Source of the DNA: an uncultured Gammaproteobacteria bacterium
GTDB lineage: Bacteria > Patescibacteriota > Microgenomatia > Daviesbacterales > UBA10151
Reading direction: 5' to 3'
NCBI GenBank assembly: GCA_964393545.1
Contig: CAYMUB010000059.1
Coordinates: forward strand, 70,571 to 122,074
DNA: 51,504 nucleotides
The translations under genes and the position numbers were made by a program. The notes under the pieces were generated by a model. The model was not told the origin of the DNA and made no database searches. It worked only from the letters and a program-made list of their open reading frames with translations. Of this stretch, positions 19,539 through 29,067 are shown one piece after another (position 1 is the stretch's first letter; each line of letters begins with the position of its first letter).

Positions 19539-21164
19539 AAGATTTTGTTTAAAAGGGAGAAAAATTAATACCAGAAGACCAATCAAGGTTAGAATTAAAG
19601 AAATTTTGATTAAAGGTGTATTTTGATACTTAATATCAACTTTATGTTTGCCTTTGGGGAACTCAAAACTCATTCTTCCTTGTTTATCAATCTTATAGTC
19701 AACGACTTTATTATCTAAGTATAGGGTTTGGCCGGGAAAGTAAAATTGGCCTAACGAGCTTATTTCTTCTTTTTGAACCTCGATATCAAAAGAAAGTTGG
19801 TTAGTATTATGCCTTGTATTGGATGTTCTTACTTCTTTTCCAATAACTTCATTCCAGGGTTTATTCAATAATTTAGGATCTGCATGAATTGGTAGGTATT
19901 CATTGAAAGTATTAGTTGTCACCTCTGTTTCTAAATCTAAGTAACTCTCAATTGGAAAGTTAGTGTACTGGTTAATATTGATATGATTTCTATTTGTATA
20001 AACAGTAATAAGTATTAAGAAAACAAAGACAAATATTTTTCTCTTTGGAAGAGTTGATAATATAATCCCAGCACAAACAGAAGCTACAAATGATGAAGGC
20101 AGGATAAGTCTAAATGGAAAATCAATGGAAATAAATTTTACTAGAGTTTTCCAAATTAGTGCAGAAGAATCTTGTGTAAGGAATATGCTCAATGCAAAAC
20201 TAGATAAAAGAAAAATTCCTAAGTGTCGGTATTTGGGTGACAATCTTTTGAAAATGATTAAAAAGAAAAGAATAATAATAGATATCCATTGACCAATACC
20301 TAATTGGAATGAAATTTCACCATTTTTTGCATTATTAATAATAGGACTGTAGCCCCACTTTGAATACAAAAGTTGATTGAAGTTGATAAAGTTTCTCTCA
20401 TAAAGTTTTGTGATTCCTTCTTCCTTATGGACTCTTGTAAATTGATTGTAATAAGTAGCAGGTATTAAATAGAATGAAGATAACAAAACTCCAAGTAGTG
20501 CTCCAAGTACTACATTTTTAGTAAATACGGGCTTTTTATTAGTATCCAAAAACTCCCAAACAACAAAAAGTAAAACTATTGGTGATAGAAAAACTAGATG
20601 CATTATATGTGAAAGAATTACACCAGAAAGGCTTATTCCTAATAAACTGATACCCCATCTAGAATTTTCTTTTATAAGGTGGATACCCCAAAATATTAAT
20701 GGTAAGAAAGTAAATATGAAAGCTATGCCTAAAGATGCGCTAACAAATATGATGAGGAAGTGATAAGGCAGCCATAAATATAATATAGAAGATAACAGAG
20801 CAGATAATTTATCTTTAAATAAGCTCAGAACAAAAAAATACATAGTAAAACCGGATAGTATATAGGACAGAATAAATAAAGCCTTGATGGTATTTGTTAT
20901 ATCAAAACCCAACTTTAGAAAAAGAAGACCAATTATCCAAGGTAAATTATAAGAAAAGAAAAAAAGCGGATATCCAAAACCGTTTGCAAGTCTACCTATC
21001 CAATAGGGTGGAAATTGACCATCGTTTACTGACTGAGAGTAGTAGTATAGTCTAACCACTTGATGCCAAATGTCATGAGCGGTAAAAAGTCCAGGATGGA
21101 AAAGAGCTTTTATTCCAATAAGTGAAAACAATAAAATAATCAAAAGATAGATCCACTTGGTCAT
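19512..21164 (-). CDS. PTPS-related/YfhO-like GT-C membrane protein
   Basis: AHDIWHQVVR..GQFPPYW..GFGYPLFFF.Y.LP; LLSSFYLIPA; FPFRL; NEYLP; FYFPG..LYLD C-terminal domain. Confidence 0.7.
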   Translation of the reverse strand: MTKWIYLLIILLFSLIGIKALFHPGLFTAHDIWHQVVRLYYYSQSVNDGQFPPYWIGRLANGFGYPLFFFSYNLPWIIGLLFLKLGFDITNTIKALFILSYILSGFTMYFFVLSLFKDKLSALLSSILYLWLPYHFLIIFVSASLGIAFIFTFLPLIFWGIHLIKENSRWGISLLGISLSGVILSHIMHLVFLSPIVLLFVVWEFLDTNKKPVFTKNVVLGALLGVLLSSFYLIPATYYNQFTRVHKEEGITKLYERNFINFNQLLYSKWGYSPIINNAKNGEISFQLGIGQWISIIILFFLIIFKRLSPKYRHLGIFLLSSFALSIFLTQDSSALIWKTLVKFISIDFPFRLILPSSFVASVCAGIILSTLPKRKIFVFVFLILITVYTNRNHININQYTNFPIESYLDLETEVTTNTFNEYLPIHADPKLLNKPWNEVIGKEVRTSNTRHNTNQLSFDIEVQKEEISSLGQFYFPGQTLYLDNKVVDYKIDKQGRMSFEFPKGKHKVDIKYQNTPLIKISLILTLIGLLVLIFLPFKQNLLGKKPVFK

Positions 21165-21170
21165 ATTTTC

Positions 21171-21231
21171 ATTTTATCATCATTCATGATAATGAATAGC
21201 ATTTATAGGGATAAATTGTTAACATTATTCT
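21171..21231. promoter_or_regulatory. Divergent promoters in a 73 bp spacer
   Basis: Minus strand: TG-A-TAAAAT (21179-21171), 6 nt before ATG 21164. Plus strand: TG-T-TAACAT (21217-21225), 12 nt before ATG 21238, or TATTCT (21226-21231), 6 nt before it. Inverted repeat ATTCAT-gata-ATGAAT at 21182-21197. Confidence 0.55.
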
Positions 21232-21237
21232 AGCTAC

Positions 21238-22911
21238 ATGAAAAAAATTGTCTACTCTACTCTTTTTGTTATTGTCTTAGCCTCATTTCTTTTAAGATTC
21301 TATAAAGTAACTGAAAATCCTCCTTCTTTAAACTGGGATGAGATCTCCATTGCCTATAATGCCTATTCAATACTAAAAACTGGTAAGGACGAATGGAAGC
21401 AGCCTTTTCCCATACATTTCAAAGCCTATGGAGAGTATAAGTTACCTATGCAAATATACCTGAGTATTCCAGGTATATACATATTTGGACTAAATGAGTT
21501 AGGTGTGAGAATTACACCTGTAATTTATGGTGTGCTGACTATTCTTATAATCTTCTTTTTAGGAAAAGAGTTGTTTGAAAGTGAACTTGCTGGGCTTGTA
21601 TCTGCTTTCTTGCTTGGAATCTCTCCTTGGCATATTCAATTAACCAGAGGGTCATTTGAGTCTTCACTGGCAACACTCTTTATAACAATTGGAGTTTGGT
21701 TTTTTGTTAAAGGTTTTAAGAACCCAAGATGGTTTATTTACTCTATGGTACCATTCGCTCTTTCAGTATTTACTTATAATTCTGCCAGACTTTTTACCCC
21801 ATTATTTTTGATAGCTTTATTTATTTTATACAGGAAACAATTGGGAAGATTTAAAAAAACTATAACAGTATCTATAATTGTTTTTGTCATTTTACTCTTA
21901 CCTCTTGTGCCGTATCTTTTGAGTGGAGAAAGAAGCGCCAGGTATAAATTAGTCAGCATTACTGATGATCCAGGGTTGGTACAGAGGGTAAATCAAGGCA
22001 GGGGACATTCTAAATTTCCTCAACCATTACCTAAAATAATTCATAATAAAATTACTTATACATCTGTCTCTTTTATTACCAACTATCTTTCTCATTTTAC
22101 TCCAAGTTTTTTGTTTATATCAGGAGCACCTCATAAACAACATCATGTTCAGAATATGGGGGAACTGTATTACTTTCAAGCTCCATTTCTAATATTGGGA
22201 TTAATATATTTGTTTAAATCAAAGAATACATATACTAAATTATTATTATCCTGGTTATTACTAGCATTTATACCTGTTTCAGTAACTCAGGATAGTATTC
22301 CTCATGCACTTAGAACCTTACTGGTAGTACCTTTCTATCAGTTAATGAGTGGGTATGGTTTTGTTGTAAGTTTAAAGTGGTTTAAAAGATTTTCAATACT
22401 ATCTAGATCATTCTTTGTCTTGATTCTTATTTCATCTATAGTAGTAAGTATAGCTTGGTATTTATATAACTATTACTACATATACCCGGTATCTTATTCA
22501 AGAGATTGGCAATATGGATACAAACAAGCCGTAGATTATGTTAAAAATCATGAAAATGAGTATGACATGGTAGTTTTTACCAGGCATTATGGTGAACCAC
22601 ATATGTTTACCTTGTTTTATTTAAATTATGATCCTGCAAAGTATCAGAATGATTCTAATTTAGTTAGATTTGAGACTTTTGACTGGGTCAGAGTATTAAA
22701 GTTTGATAAATTCTACTTTCCTGATTTAGGAGATGAGGGTACCAGGTTTAAAGATATTATTAAGAATAATCCAGAGAAGAAACTACTCTTTATCGGGAGG
22801 AATAATGATTTCCCTCTTAATTTACCACGACTATATTCCATAAATTTTCTTAACGGAGAAAGAGCCTTTGATGTTGTGGAAGTTAAAACAAAGGAGGAAA
22901 AGGCCAAATGA
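21238..22911 (+). CDS. ArnT/PMT-like GT-C glycosyltransferase, paralog 6
   Basis: PPSLNWDEISIAYNAYSILKTGKDEW; SPWHIQLTRGSFE; IPHALRT; RDWQYGY. Confidence 0.82.
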   Translation: MKKIVYSTLFVIVLASFLLRFYKVTENPPSLNWDEISIAYNAYSILKTGKDEWKQPFPIHFKAYGEYKLPMQIYLSIPGIYIFGLNELGVRITPVIYGVLTILIIFFLGKELFESELAGLVSAFLLGISPWHIQLTRGSFESSLATLFITIGVWFFVKGFKNPRWFIYSMVPFALSVFTYNSARLFTPLFLIALFILYRKQLGRFKKTITVSIIVFVILLLPLVPYLLSGERSARYKLVSITDDPGLVQRVNQGRGHSKFPQPLPKIIHNKITYTSVSFITNYLSHFTPSFLFISGAPHKQHHVQNMGELYYFQAPFLILGLIYLFKSKNTYTKLLLSWLLLAFIPVSVTQDSIPHALRTLLVVPFYQLMSGYGFVVSLKWFKRFSILSRSFFVLILISSIVVSIAWYLYNYYYIYPVSYSRDWQYGYKQAVDYVKNHENEYDMVVFTRHYGEPHMFTLFYLNYDPAKYQNDSNLVRFETFDWVRVLKFDKFYFPDLGDEGTRFKDIIKNNPEKKLLFIGRNNDFPLNLPRLYSINFLNGERAFDVVEVKTKEEKAK

Positions 22912-24503
22912 TGAATAGTAAAGTTCTGTTAATCATTATCTGTTTAATCTTTCTATTTACAAGATTATATAAATTGTCTGAAATTCCTCCGTCAGTATAT
23001 TGGGATGAAGCATCGATTGGATACAATGCCTATTCAATTGCTCAAACTGGAAAAGATGAGTGGGGAAAATTTCTACCTATACATTTCAGAGCTTTTGGTG
23101 AATTCAAATTACCAGTTTATATTTATTCGGCAGTACCTTTTGTAAAAATTCTTGGTTTAAACATTTTTTCAGTTAGGTTACCTGCAATCTTATATTCACT
23201 GATGACCATAATTCTGGTTTATTTAATAGTTAAAAAAATATTTGACAATGATAGAGCTGCTTTATTTAGCAGCTTCTTTTTGTCTATCTCCCCCTGGTTT
23301 TTTATTTTTTCAAGAGCAGGTTATGAAGTAACAGCAGGTATTATGTTTTTTATGATGGGTATTTACTCATTTATCTTAACTGAGAAGAGCAAGCTATATT
23401 TAATAATTTCTACCTTATGTTTTATTCTAACTCTTTACAGCTACAACAGTTTTAGGATGATTTCTCCAATAATATTTTTCCTGTTGCTGACTCTCCATTT
23501 ACGCAAAAATTTTACTTTGAAAAATATAGGCTTGATAATTATCTCGATATTATTTTTTGGCATAAGTCTGATTCCTATTATCCGACTATCCTTGTATGAT
23601 GCTGGTTTTGTAAGAACTCAAGCTTTCAGATTATTTCCAACAGTACAACAAGTCTATGATTTACAAGGTAAACCCCATTTTCAATTAATCTATGATAGAT
23701 CCGGTGCAGTAAATTGGTGGCAAAATTTATCTACCATAATCAATAACTATTTGCTTCACCTAAGCCCCAATTTTTTGTTACTTAATGGAGATCCTAATCC
23801 CAGGCATCAACAGCCTGGTTTTGGACAAATCTATATTCTAGATCTAGTTTTGATTGTCTTGGGAATATCTTATATATTTTCTTCTAAAAAGAGATGGTCC
23901 TATCTCATATTAGTCTCCTTATTTTTGTCTCTTACTGCTGCTGTTTTATTTAAAGAATCTCCACATGCGCTAAGATCCTTACCTATTATTCCTTTTCTGG
24001 CAATTTTAAATGGGATAGGAATAAGCCACTTTTTATCTAAAAGAGGAAAGAAATTTTTGATCATTCTAATCAGTATTTATATGTTGCTTTTCGGAAATTA
24101 TTTTATTTCCTTTGTAAATACTTACTCTACTAAAACTTCTCTAGATTGGCAGTATGGATACAAGAAAATTTATAGTGATTATGGAGCAACATTTTCAAAA
24201 TACGATCATATAATTATTTCGGATCAGCATGCCCAACCTTATATTTTTGCCCTCTTCTATCAACAATATAGTCCTGTTAAGTTCCAAACCTCAGCCATAA
24301 GAAGCGATGTTGATAAATGGGGATTTTCTACTGTAAAAAGTTTTGATAACTTTATATTTGATAAACTAACTATAGAAAAATTGCCTAAAGGAAATAATCT
24401 AGTATTTGCTACCACTATTGATAAATTAGATATTCCGTACAAGAATGTGATGTTAAATCTGGATAAAAGTGTTGCTTTTTATGTATATGAATTTCAAAAA
24501 TAA
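22908..24503 (+). CDS. ArnT/PMT-like GT-C glycosyltransferase, paralog 7
   Basis: PPSVYWDEASIGYNAYSIAQTGKDEWG; SPWFFIFSRAGYE; SPHALRS; LDWQYGY. SD-like AGGAGG at 22892-22897. Confidence 0.82.
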   Translation: MMNSKVLLIIICLIFLFTRLYKLSEIPPSVYWDEASIGYNAYSIAQTGKDEWGKFLPIHFRAFGEFKLPVYIYSAVPFVKILGLNIFSVRLPAILYSLMTIILVYLIVKKIFDNDRAALFSSFFLSISPWFFIFSRAGYEVTAGIMFFMMGIYSFILTEKSKLYLIISTLCFILTLYSYNSFRMISPIIFFLLLTLHLRKNFTLKNIGLIIISILFFGISLIPIIRLSLYDAGFVRTQAFRLFPTVQQVYDLQGKPHFQLIYDRSGAVNWWQNLSTIINNYLLHLSPNFLLLNGDPNPRHQQPGFGQIYILDLVLIVLGISYIFSSKKRWSYLILVSLFLSLTAAVLFKESPHALRSLPIIPFLAILNGIGISHFLSKRGKKFLIILISIYMLLFGNYFISFVNTYSTKTSLDWQYGYKKIYSDYGATFSKYDHIIISDQHAQPYIFALFYQQYSPVKFQTSAIRSDVDKWGFSTVKSFDNFIFDKLTIEKLPKGNNLVFATTIDKLDIPYKNVMLNLDKSVAFYVYEFQK

Positions 24504-26085
24504 AAAGACAGTTATTTTAATATTTATACTCTTTTTGGCAGCTTTTTTAAGGTTATACAAATTGGATGTTATTCCTGTATCTTTGAATTGGGATGAAGTT
24601 GATGCTGGATACAATGTCTATACTATAGCAAATTGGGGTAGGGATGAGTGGGGTGATTCTTTTCCTTTAGTTTTTACTTCATTTAGAGATGATAAACATC
24701 CGGTGCACATCTATCTAACTGCTTCTTTTGTAAAAATATTCGGGTTGTCAGATTTTATAATCAGATTCCCATCAGCGCTTATAGGAACAATAAGCGTGTT
24801 AGTTGTATATTTTTTGTCGCTTTATTTATTTAAAAACCAACTGACTGCCACCTTGTCAGCACTCTTTTTAGCTGTTTCTCCATATCATTTACAATTTTCC
24901 AGAGGTTTGTGGGAATCTAATTTTGCCCTCTCCTTTTTTCTAATGGGACTGCTGCTTTTTTATCGGGGTTTAAAACATAAAGGAAGGTTTCTTAACCTAG
25001 CGTATCTTTCATTTGGTATCAGTCTTTTTTCCTACCATTCATCAAAGATAGTAGTTATACCCATAGTTGTTTTACTGACCATACTTTATTTTAAAGAATT
25101 AAGGAGGCGGTCATTTAATTTTTATTCAGCAATGGTAGTTTTTTTAGTATTTATTACAATCCTAATTCTAAATCCTAGACTGGCTGGATTTGCAAGGGTA
25201 AAGCAAACCCAGTTTAACCAGTCCGAGATAGAAAAAACTCAAATATTTAAAAATACCGGGAGTTCTTTTCTTGGTCTTGGCGAGATTACTTTAAATGGGT
25301 TAGCTGCTCATTTTACTCCCGAATATTTATTTTTCAAAGGTGATCAAAGTCCCAGGAATTCAGTCAAAGTTTTTGGGGAATTTTATAAAATTGATGCAAT
25401 ATTTCTAATTATTGGACTTATAATTTTACTTAATTTACGTTCAAAAGTTACTTTAGTTATGTTGCTATGGTTGTTAGTTTCTCCTCTGCCAGCAAGTGTG
25501 GTGCAAGGCGCCCCAAATGCTAACAGGGCAATCTTTATGTTAGGCAGTTTAAATCTGATAGCCGCGTTAGGGGCAAGCAGTCTGATTGGATGGTTTAAAG
25601 GAAGAAATAAGTTAATAATTATTGTAGTTATATTAACTATACTCTCCTTACAGGTATTCTCATATATGAATTATTATTTCAATGTATATTCAAAGAAAAA
25701 TCCACATGACTGGGTTTTTGGAATGAAAGAAATCACTGATTTTGTTAAGGAGCATGATGATGAGTATGACCAAGTATTTATGACTGATGTACGCTCTCAA
25801 CCTTATGTCTTTTTTCTATATTATCTAAAGACTCCATTGCCTGAATTTCTTCGAAGGGTTTTATATAATAACTCAGAAAGTAAAAGCTATAGTACTGTTT
25901 CTAATTTTGGAAAATACTATTTTGGAGGTTGGGATACAGTGGAAAGTATGCCATTACCTAGGGTACTGTACATTCTTACTACCAGTGAATATGATGGATT
26001 AAAGCACAAGAAAGAGTTCAATGTTAAAAAAATAGTTTACTTTCCAGATAATACAAATGCTTTTATTATTGTTAACTCAAAATAA
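24487..26085 (+). CDS. ArnT/PMT-like GT-C glycosyltransferase, paralog 8
   Basis: PVSLNWDEVDAGYNVYTIANWGRDEWG; SPYHLQFSRGLWE; HDWVFGM. Start uncertain (24469, 24481 or 24487). Confidence 0.8.
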   Translation: MNFKNKKTVILIFILFLAAFLRLYKLDVIPVSLNWDEVDAGYNVYTIANWGRDEWGDSFPLVFTSFRDDKHPVHIYLTASFVKIFGLSDFIIRFPSALIGTISVLVVYFLSLYLFKNQLTATLSALFLAVSPYHLQFSRGLWESNFALSFFLMGLLLFYRGLKHKGRFLNLAYLSFGISLFSYHSSKIVVIPIVVLLTILYFKELRRRSFNFYSAMVVFLVFITILILNPRLAGFARVKQTQFNQSEIEKTQIFKNTGSSFLGLGEITLNGLAAHFTPEYLFFKGDQSPRNSVKVFGEFYKIDAIFLIIGLIILLNLRSKVTLVMLLWLLVSPLPASVVQGAPNANRAIFMLGSLNLIAALGASSLIGWFKGRNKLIIIVVILTILSLQVFSYMNYYFNVYSKKNPHDWVFGMKEITDFVKEHDDEYDQVFMTDVRSQPYVFFLYYLKTPLPEFLRRVLYNNSESKSYSTVSNFGKYYFGGWDTVESMPLPRVLYILTTSEYDGLKHKKEFNVKKIVYFPDNTNAFIIVNSK

Positions 26086-26843
26086 TGGATACAATCTCTG
26101 TAGTATTGGCTGTATATAATGAGGAAGAAAAGTTGCCGGAGTGTCTAAATTCTATAAAGAGTTTAGCTAGTGAAATAGTGATAGTGGATGGGGGATCTAC
26201 CGATAGAACTGTGGAAATTGCTAAGAAATTCAACGCCCAAGTTATTCATGCCAAAGATAATCCACAAAACTTTCATATAAACAAAAATATTGCGATCGAT
26301 GCAGCATCAAAAGATTGGATTTTACAGCTCGATGCAGATGAAGTAGTGTCACAGGCTCTTGCTGAAGAGATAAGAGGAGCTCTTAGAAAAAAAGAAATAA
26401 ATGGTTATTGGATTCCAAGAAAAAATCTATTCTTAGGTAGGTATTTAACTAAAGGTGGTCAGTATCCGGATTATACTTTAAGATATTATCGCCGGGGAAT
26501 GGGTCGCTTGCCAGGAAAAGATGTCCATGAACAGGCTGTTGTAAAGGGGAGGATAGGATATCTAAAAAATAGTCTTTTGCACTCAAGGGATAAAAATTTC
26601 TCAATCTATCTTGAAAGATTTAATAGATATACAGATCTTCTAGCAATGCAGCTTGAAGAGGCAAAATTTCCTATAAATCCCCTAACTTTTATTAATTATA
26701 TCTTGATTAAACCATTATTCTGGTTTATCAAATCATATATAAGGCACCGCGGGTATGTGGATGGATTTCCTGGGTTTGTTTTTGCTCTTTTTTCCTCATT
26801 TAGGTTTCCAGTTACATATTTTAAAATATGGGAGAAAAAATGA
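26085..26843 (+). CDS. GT2 glycosyltransferase, WaaE/KdtX-like
   Basis: ISVVLAVYNEE; VDGGSTDRT; QLDADE; PRKN.FLG; YPDY.LR; VHEQ; GYVDG.PG. Confidence 0.8.
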   Translation: MDTISVVLAVYNEEEKLPECLNSIKSLASEIVIVDGGSTDRTVEIAKKFNAQVIHAKDNPQNFHINKNIAIDAASKDWILQLDADEVVSQALAEEIRGALRKKEINGYWIPRKNLFLGRYLTKGGQYPDYTLRYYRRGMGRLPGKDVHEQAVVKGRIGYLKNSLLHSRDKNFSIYLERFNRYTDLLAMQLEEAKFPINPLTFINYILIKPLFWFIKSYIRHRGYVDGFPGFVFALFSSFRFPVTYFKIWEKK

Positions 26844-27910
26844 AAATAGGTATCAATGCATATCCTTTAAAAAGTGGTCATAAAAATAGAGGAATAGGTT
26901 ACTATACAAGCAATCTACTTGAGAGCTTAAAAAAAGATGTAAGTCTTAGTGTCCAAGAATTTACTGATATTTCTGAGGTAAAGAGTGCAGACATAGTGCA
27001 TTACCCCTGGTTTGATTTTTTCTTTCACACCCTACCCATAAAAAAAGCCTTTCCTACCATTGTTACCATTCATGATGTGATACCCCTTAAGTTTGAATCT
27101 CATTATCCCACAGGGATTAGGGGTAAGTTTAATTTCTACTTACAGAAATTGGCGCTAAAAAATTGTAAAGCTATAATTACAGATTCTAATAACTCCAAAA
27201 AAGATATTATCCAGTATCTAAAAATTAAAGAGGAAAAAATAACCGTTATACCTTTAGCTATAGGTAGGGAATTTAGAGTTTTAAATGAGAATAAGTTAAT
27301 TTTTATAAAAAGAAAACATAATTTGCCCGACCAATTCTTGTTATATGTTGGAGATGCTAATTGGGTTAAAAATCTCCCTTTTCTTATTGAAGGTTTTAGA
27401 GAGATAATTAAACAACCGGCATTTAATAAAGTAAAACTGGTTTTAATAGGAGCAATCTTTTTAAAAAAAGTAGAAGATATAATTCATCCGGAATTAGAAA
27501 GCCTTAAAATGACAAATAGATTAATAGAACAGTATAGTCTACAAGACAGAATTATTAGACCAGGAAAACTAGAAGAAGAAGACTTAGTTGCCTTTTATAA
27601 TCTAGCAACTATATACATACAACCTTCTTTTTACGAGGGATTTGGCCTGCCTGTTTTACAAGCCTTAGAAACTGGTACACCAGTAGTTTCCTCCAGAGGC
27701 GGTAGTTTGCCAGAAGTGGCAGGGGATGCAGCTATATACTTTGACCCAACCAACCTTGATCAGTTTAAATCGATAGTTATGGATGTCTTGCAAGATAAAT
27801 CTTTGCAAGCCAAATTAGCAAAATTAGGTCAGATTCAGGCTGAGAAATTTTCTTGGAATAAAGTAATAGAAGAAACAAAAGATGTCTATATAAAAGCTTC
27901 AAAAAAATGA
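26840..27910 (+). CDS. GT4 glycosyltransferase (MtfB/WbaZ-like mannosyltransferase type)
   Basis: RGIGYY; TIHDVIPL; LYVG..KNL; PSFYEGFGLPVLQA; GGSLPEVAGDAA; FSW. Start moved to ATG 26840 (GGAG SD, ATGA overlap). Confidence 0.8.
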   Translation: MKIGINAYPLKSGHKNRGIGYYTSNLLESLKKDVSLSVQEFTDISEVKSADIVHYPWFDFFFHTLPIKKAFPTIVTIHDVIPLKFESHYPTGIRGKFNFYLQKLALKNCKAIITDSNNSKKDIIQYLKIKEEKITVIPLAIGREFRVLNENKLIFIKRKHNLPDQFLLYVGDANWVKNLPFLIEGFREIIKQPAFNKVKLVLIGAIFLKKVEDIIHPELESLKMTNRLIEQYSLQDRIIRPGKLEEEDLVAFYNLATIYIQPSFYEGFGLPVLQALETGTPVVSSRGGSLPEVAGDAAIYFDPTNLDQFKSIVMDVLQDKSLQAKLAKLGQIQAEKFSWNKVIEETKDVYIKASKK

Positions 27911-29067
27911 TTAAATATTTTAAATTAGACCCCGCTGTAATTAAAGTATGCCTAGCTTTTTTTAGTTGGAAGTTATTCTTAGTAGCAGTATCTATAATCG
28001 CTATTAAATTTGTTCCATTAGGTTATACGGATCGTTTTTTAGGGGGTGGCGCTTTTAATTACAAACTAGCACCTCATCTTTTCTCATGGGCTAACTTTGA
28101 TGGTGAGCATTATCTTTCAATCGCAATATTTGGTTATAAGGGTCTAGAACAAGTTTTTTTTCCTGTTTATCCAATGATTATCTCTTTCTTTGCTAAACCA
28201 TTTTCTGAAGGATTATTCTCATCACTAATAAATTCAACAATTGTTGGTTTGATAATTGCAAATGGATCATTTCTGCTTGCGCTCCTATACCTTTACGAGT
28301 TGATTAAATTGGATTTTTCCAATAAAGTTTCTTTGTTGGTGGTATTTTTAATAATTGTATTCCCTACCTCGTTTTATTTTGGCGCAGTTTATAATGAGTC
28401 CTTATTTTTATTACTTACAGTTTTGGCATTCCTGCAGGCAAGAAAAGGGAATTGGTTTTGGGCCTCCCTGTTTGGAATGATTGCTTCTGCAACTAGAATA
28501 TTTGGTATTCTTCTTTTTCCAGTGTTTATTGTTGAAGCTTATTTGCAAAAAAAATATCGTCAACTGTTTTGGATATTTATGATTCCTTTAGGACTAGGCT
28601 TATATATGTATTACCAGTACGTAACTGTAGGAGATCCAATTGCTTTTTATCGATTACAAGATATGGTGGGTGAACAACGCCAATCTCAACTGGTTGTATT
28701 GCCTCAGGTTTACTATAGATATATAAGGATGTTAAGTACTGTAGACATAAATCAACCCATATATCAAACAATTTTATTTGAGTTTATAGCTGGAATAATT
28801 TTTTTAATCTTACCAATTTATGGTTATTTCAAGAAAATTAGATTGTCTTATTTGTTTTATGCTTTCATAGGTTTTTTAATTACTACTGTACAGGGAAGTT
28901 TCTCATCCGTACCTCGTTATGTATTAGTATTCTTTCCCAGTTTTATTGTGCTTGCATTGTGGTTAAATCATTTACCAAAAGCATTCAAAATAATTTTTTT
29001 TCTCTGTTCGATTTCCTTACTGGTGATTGAAACATCACTATTTTTGAGAGGATATTGGGTATCATGA
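27907..29067 (+). CDS. PIG-V-like (GT76) GT-C mannosyltransferase
   Basis: WANFDGEHYLSIA..GY; VFFPVYP; FPTSFYFGAVYNESLF; ASATR..G; S.PRYVL.FP. Confidence 0.75.
   Translation: MIKYFKLDPAVIKVCLAFFSWKLFLVAVSIIAIKFVPLGYTDRFLGGGAFNYKLAPHLFSWANFDGEHYLSIAIFGYKGLEQVFFPVYPMIISFFAKPFSEGLFSSLINSTIVGLIIANGSFLLALLYLYELIKLDFSNKVSLLVVFLIIVFPTSFYFGAVYNESLFLLLTVLAFLQARKGNWFWASLFGMIASATRIFGILLFPVFIVEAYLQKKYRQLFWIFMIPLGLGLYMYYQYVTVGDPIAFYRLQDMVGEQRQSQLVVLPQVYYRYIRMLSTVDINQPIYQTILFEFIAGIIFLILPIYGYFKKIRLSYLFYAFIGFLITTVQGSFSSVPRYVLVFFPSFIVLALWLNHLPKAFKIIFFLCSISLLVIETSLFLRGYWVS

Noticed and set aside
3220-21197. Short inverted repeats in divergent spacers (3220-3237; 21182-21197) as a shared regulator site
   Set aside because: The sequences differ, both are AT-only-like in an AT-rich genome, and no regulator gene is in the window.
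3262-26085. Calling the GT39-like paralogs arnT (lipid A aminoarabinose transferase)
   Set aside because: There are no arnA-F or lipid A genes here, and eight paralogs with divergent C-terminal domains do not fit that one function. Only fold-level similarity is supported.
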